A stretch of DNA of 64,000 nucleotides from Lytechinus pictus (taxonomy: Eukaryota), in NCBI RefSeq assembly GCF_037042905.1, contig NC_087251.1:4528001-4592000 (forward strand), written 5' to 3'. A model generated the notes under the pieces. The model searched no databases. It worked only from the letters and a program-made list of their open reading frames with translations, and had not been told where the DNA came from. This document shows, in pieces, positions 60,001 through 64,000 of this stretch (positions are counted from its first letter, which is position 1; each line of letters begins with the position of its first letter). The translations under genes and the position numbers were made by a program.

Positions 60001-61467
60001 TACCTTTTTATACAGGCATATGAATTGCTCATTGTGCAAAAAGGTAGGTAGCCCAGGCGGAAATTGCTAAGCAGCATTTTTTAGTGTTGAATCATACAAC
60101 TCATGCTTAGGAAAGGTACTTTGAGATTACTTTTTAGACCTGGATTCCAAATATATACTGCATGTATATCCATCTCCATCAAAGAAAAAAAACACATATA
60201 CATTATTTTGTACAGGGTCTGTGGATTGGACCGAAAATAATTTAATCTAAATCTAATCTTATCCTAATAAAAGCGATATATGAAAGTGTGTTTTCTTATG
60301 GTTGCTGTGACATTGAAGTTATAATTTATGATCAAAGCTTTTACTATTAAAGCCTAATATACATGTAATTATCACTATCAAAATGGATGTAGAATCTTAT
60401 GGAACCAAGCTCTTCATATAGCACATGTAAATAACTTACTCTTTATATTTCTTGAATGGAGCTAAGTCTTGCATTGGATCTTCAAGTTTTTTAGCTGCAT
60501 CAACCACAACCATAGCAGCTGCTATTCTGGCTTGCTCCTGAAGCAAAAAAAAAATATATAATAGACATGCAAAAAGTAATAACTCTTTTTTAAGTACCTT
60601 ACTTTTAAAATGACATGATACACATTTCTTTATTTCAGGGGTAAATATCGCTTTTTTTTGTTTGTTTTTGTTTAAAGGGTAAGGACACTATTTATCAAAG
60701 AATTATAAAGGAATAGAAACATTTTTCGACAGCCAATTAGGGGGATTAGACGAATAAAATTATACTAACTTAGCCTCATCAATTTTACCCATAAAATGAT
60801 TGTTTGTTCCTTTTTTTCTTCTTGCCAATTCTGAATTCTCTTGTCAACTTAAATCAACCACTCTCCAACCTATAGACTAGCAAATTGTAACGTGAATTTT
60901 CTACAAAAACGGGTTTACAATGAAAGATAACTAGCTAGATCTGAAAAATAAGGAATAATTTTTATTCATCATAATAAAAAGAGGGAAACTGATCTATGTG
61001 CTGAATGCAACTGAACTCTTACCAAACAATAATTTTGTTCACCATTCAGTCCAATGAGGTGTATTCACAAATTTATGGAAAACGATGATCTGAAAATCCT
61101 AATGATCCATGTCTGGTGGTAGGTCTTCCGTTATATTTCATACTTATTTAGTGAAGATATCCATAAACTACAAATCTCAAACCATTAGGACTCTATTTCA
61201 GTTTTTTTTATAAATTCCTCATGCTTTTCTGTTTTGAAATTGAAACAAATTATTCAAAACACTCCCTTAAGACCCCCCCCCCCCCCGCGGAAGAAATGGA
61301 GTCACAGAAATATCATATCACACCACACCCCACCCCCCCCCCCCCAGTTATATAGCAGGGTGAAATTGTCCAGGAAATTCTTACTAGATTACATCAAATC
61401 TACTGTATCTGTATATACTCACCTCTTTTCTTTTCATCTTCTTTTCTTTTCCTTTTGCACTTTTACG
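53925..61467 (-). CDS. NAA40: N-alpha-acetyltransferase 40 (NatD, histone H4/H2A N-terminal acetyltransferase); 7 exons, start exon not securely located
   Basis: 7 phase-consistent GT-AG exons (717 nt including TAA) give RKSAKGKEKK..., YEDSDWGWKEREKKEE, FCHFRFD, the GNAT acetyl-CoA motif [25 protein letters not shown], and YEIDETSP...YEIMSK. Confidence 0.95.
54530..54607 (-). CDS. NAA40: NAA40 exon (TKMKKVMVTVFKNNIVATNFFKKVL)
   Basis: TAG/GTAAGT, phase 2-2. Confidence 0.95.
55352..55435 (-). CDS. NAA40: NAA40 exon ([29 protein letters not shown])
   Basis: TAG/GTAAAA, phase 2-2, GNAT motif A. Confidence 0.95.
55903..58278 (+). mobile_element. Helentron-type element with an expanded ~160-bp tandem array (copy 3), in an NAA40 intron
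   Basis: Same termini as 24210 and 46467, more repeat units, interrupted by an hAT-like element. Confidence 0.85.
56482..57213. mobile_element. hAT-like element inserted in the tandem array
   Basis: Imperfect TIR (aggcctctacaaaa / ttttgtcgcgccctg), subterminal cttgccc/gggcaag repeats; the host repeat resumes on both sides. Confidence 0.75.
58476..58634 (-). CDS. NAA40: NAA40 exon (YEDSDWGWKE...FCHFRFDLDFEDEVIY)
   Basis: CAG/GTGAGT, phase 2-2. Confidence 0.95.
58963..59438. mobile_element. Tc1-like MITE
   Basis: TA|CAGTTGAGGCCAAAAG ... CTTCTGGCCTCAACTG|TA. Confidence 0.85.
59647..59742 (-). CDS. NAA40: NAA40 exon (LDLTIECKKVTELEKDVTDWVLSLVKTNMQSL)
   Basis: TAG/GTGAGT, phase 2-2. Confidence 0.93.
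60440..60537 (-). CDS. NAA40: NAA40 exon (EQARIAAAMVVVDAAKKLEDPMQDLAPFKKYK)
   Basis: CAG/GTAAGT, phase 0-2. Confidence 0.9.
61423..61467 (-). CDS. NAA40: NAA40 exon (RKSAKGKEKKMKRKE)
   Basis: CAG/GTGAGT, phase 0-0, basic N-terminus. Confidence 0.9.
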
Positions 61468-61764
61468 CTGTGTGTTAATGAGAAAACAAAGTTAAAAAAA
61501 AAGAAATTGCAGATATCAATTCCTTTCCATTTCTAGGTCTGAATAAACTTTATCATTGGAGGATTTTTTTAACCAGATCTGTGCTAACGTTAAATGTAAT
61601 GACTGACATTAAAAATAAAACTATAACCACAATCATGATAATGACGAGTTACAGGAAATGTTTGCAACAAGCCATGATTATACTATAAAGGTTGTAATGC
61701 TCCAACAAAACTGCAGTCGATGCCTTCCATAAGAAGTATAAGACCCCATTGAAGAAAAGTATGA

Positions 61765-61945
61765 CCTTTCTTGTAAACGTCTCAAAATCAGTGATTTGAA
61801 GCCGGTTCGCAGTACCTCACACTTATTTGCGCATGACCCGTGCGCAATTCACGTTTGCCATTTTGGATTTGCCGGTGAATACGTGAGGGATAATGCGAAC
61901 CAGCTTCAATTCAAATCACTGATTTTTAGACGTTTACAAGAAAGG
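61765..61945. repeat. Short foldback element (inverted arms ~45 bp)
   Basis: cctttcttgtaaacgtctcaaaatcagtgatttgaa ... ttcaaatcactgatttttagacgtttacaagaaagg. Confidence 0.75.
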
Positions 61946-62471
61946 GCAAGGAGCGAGTCTGTGTCTGATAGTTAGTCACTGTAGTGTAGAGTACTCTTAA
62001 ATTAATGTCTTTTGTTCATAACTTGTTGCCTTTTTTACCAAAAAGTGACACAGTTTGTCACTGGTTTTTTAGGGTTAGGGTAGGTGTAAGTTAGTGGAGG
62101 GTAGTTACTAAGTTAGCGGTAGTGAAGTGTAACTTTGAGGCTACACGAACAATCGCCTGAGGTAAGTTTATTTTTTCCTGTTTTGGTACATTTCAGGCCA
62201 AAACGGAATTTCGGTCTAGTTCTTTTTATATATTTTTATGAAATAAAGACAAAAATCGATGAGCCTCGTCGGGGAACATTGCATTGTTAACCCCTAGCAT
62301 GCTTAGTGGCGGCCACCCAAGGGTTCATAACATGCCACCGCACACAGAAAAATCAAGCCATAGAAGGCGTATGTTGTGGAAACCAGAAGTGGGATCCCAG
62401 CACACGCGATCAACTAGTTAGAAATCCACTGCCAAACGCGGTTCATGGTGCGAGGTTAGTATACTAATACC

Positions 62472-63761
62472 ACTGGCGTAAATCCGTGTTGATGGGTGGG
62501 GGGGATGACTGAAATATTTTGGCTTTTTTTTTTGCAATCATGTTTTTAGATATGCAAGGAATTGTCATTGATACATGTATGTCCACAATGGCGTACCGTG
62601 GGTCATGGCATTGGGGAGGGGGGGACCAGCAAAATGTTTGAATCACTGAGTGAGCGTGCTCAGTTGCCAGTTATACTGACCTAATAGAGACATTTTCTGG
62701 ACAATGTCATTAAACGGATATGCATCTCACTGATCAAATAATGCTAGCGCAAAGCGCGAGCTGAATTTTTTTTATATTCACACCTAAAAAGAGACATTAT
62801 AATCAAATTTGTGTAATCATGATAGGTACCTGTCTCGCTAAATACGAGCGCAAAGCGCGAGCTGAAGTTTTCGTATATTTTGACCCCAAACAGCGAGATT
62901 TTGAGGAATATATTTTAGGAATCCATTAAGAGTATGCATATCTCACCATAGTCATCTAATGCGAGTGCCAAGCGCTTGCTGGTTTATAAGAATTACATAT
63001 GAACACATGAAACACTTTTTGTAGTCATTGCAATCATGATTATCATACGCATCTCACTAATCAAATATTGCGAGCGCGAAGCGCAAGCTGAAAATTTAGA
63101 TAATTCAGACAATCAGACCTGAAGTGGGGCATTCTAAGGTTTCTTTGTAGGAATTAACTAGGACCATATGTATGTCAATATCCAAATGATGCGAGCGCGA
63201 AGCGCGAGCTGAAAATTTTTTATATTCAGATCAGAAGGGACATTTTAAGGACTGATTTTAGGAATTCATGAAGAGCAGACATATCTCACCAATCCACTAA
63301 TGCGAACGTACTCACGGACAGGAAATGTTTCATATATACGAAGACCTTAACATGGGGCAATCACTTTTTGAGTCATGAAAAAGAAGCATATATGTCACTA
63401 CATAAAACAATGATAACTCAAGTGCTTGGAAATATATTTGGTTTGTATTGACTTGAAAACGGGATGTTTCAGTACAAAAGGATTATATATCTCGTTAATA
63501 GACAATGCAAGCACCAGGAACAATGAAGACGTAGGCCCTGGGCAAATTATGTTTCATGAAGTTATGATAAAAATGTTTCTTATGTAATGTAACTAATAAT
63601 ATGTAACATAACATAATCATAATATAACATTATAATGAATATTTTCTTCTTTCCCACTATACACTTCTCTTCCTTTCTCTCTCTTTTCTCCTTTTCCCCG
63701 TTTTTTTTTTGTTCAGCCGATTGGGGGGGCACACGTGCCCCCCCCTGTAGTTACGCCACCG
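62472..63761. mobile_element. hAT-like element(s) with TGGCGTA termini and internal ~110-bp gcgcgaagcgcgagctg repeats
   Basis: tggcgta at 62474 and 62589, tacgccaccg at 63752-63761; repeats are inverted homologs of 6430-6950. Confidence 0.65.
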
Positions 63762-64000
63762 TATGTCCATATGACAAATACCCCTCCAATATTATTATCT
63801 TTTTTACCCCATGATGAATTAATGGTTATATTAGAGATTACATTAAAAAAGAATTGACATTCCATCTTAATCCCTTCCCAAAGACCCCAACATTGATGTA
63901 TTGGAAGAAACGGGAGTTTCTCTTCAATGTTATAATAAGGACATAAGTATTTCGTTTGGAAATGGTGAACTGGCTCTTTATTTGCATTTTATGATTCAAT

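Noticed and set aside
61850..61863. CAAAATGGCAAAC|GTG as the NAA40 start exon
   Set aside because: Lies in the loop of a foldback element and would give MAN rather than a Gly-containing start; unsupported.

Overview
AT-rich, intron- and transposon-rich animal genomic DNA; the repeat repertoire suggests a sea urchin or related invertebrate deuterostome (inference). Two spliced housekeeping genes lie in tandem on the minus strand. (1) NAA40 (histone H4/H2A N-terminal acetyltransferase): 7 coding exons at 61467-53925; the tiny start exon is not securely located. (2) SEL1L/Hrd3 (ERAD adaptor): 16 phase-consistent GT-AG coding exons at 38064-17282, 955 codons. It carries an unusual 1269-nt Gln-rich exon 2, and the usual terminal transmembrane exons were not found in the window. 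The rest is nested non-autonomous DNA transposons (Kolobok-, piggyBac-, hAT-, Tc1-, Harbinger- and Sola-like), Helentron-type elements with internal ~160-bp tandem repeats, tRNA-derived SINEs, LINE fragments, and a head-to-head pair of decayed Penelope-like elements with degenerate hammerhead motifs. No prokaryotic systems or CRISPR arrays are present, and I found no convincing wholly new biological system. All calls are by eye, without database searches.
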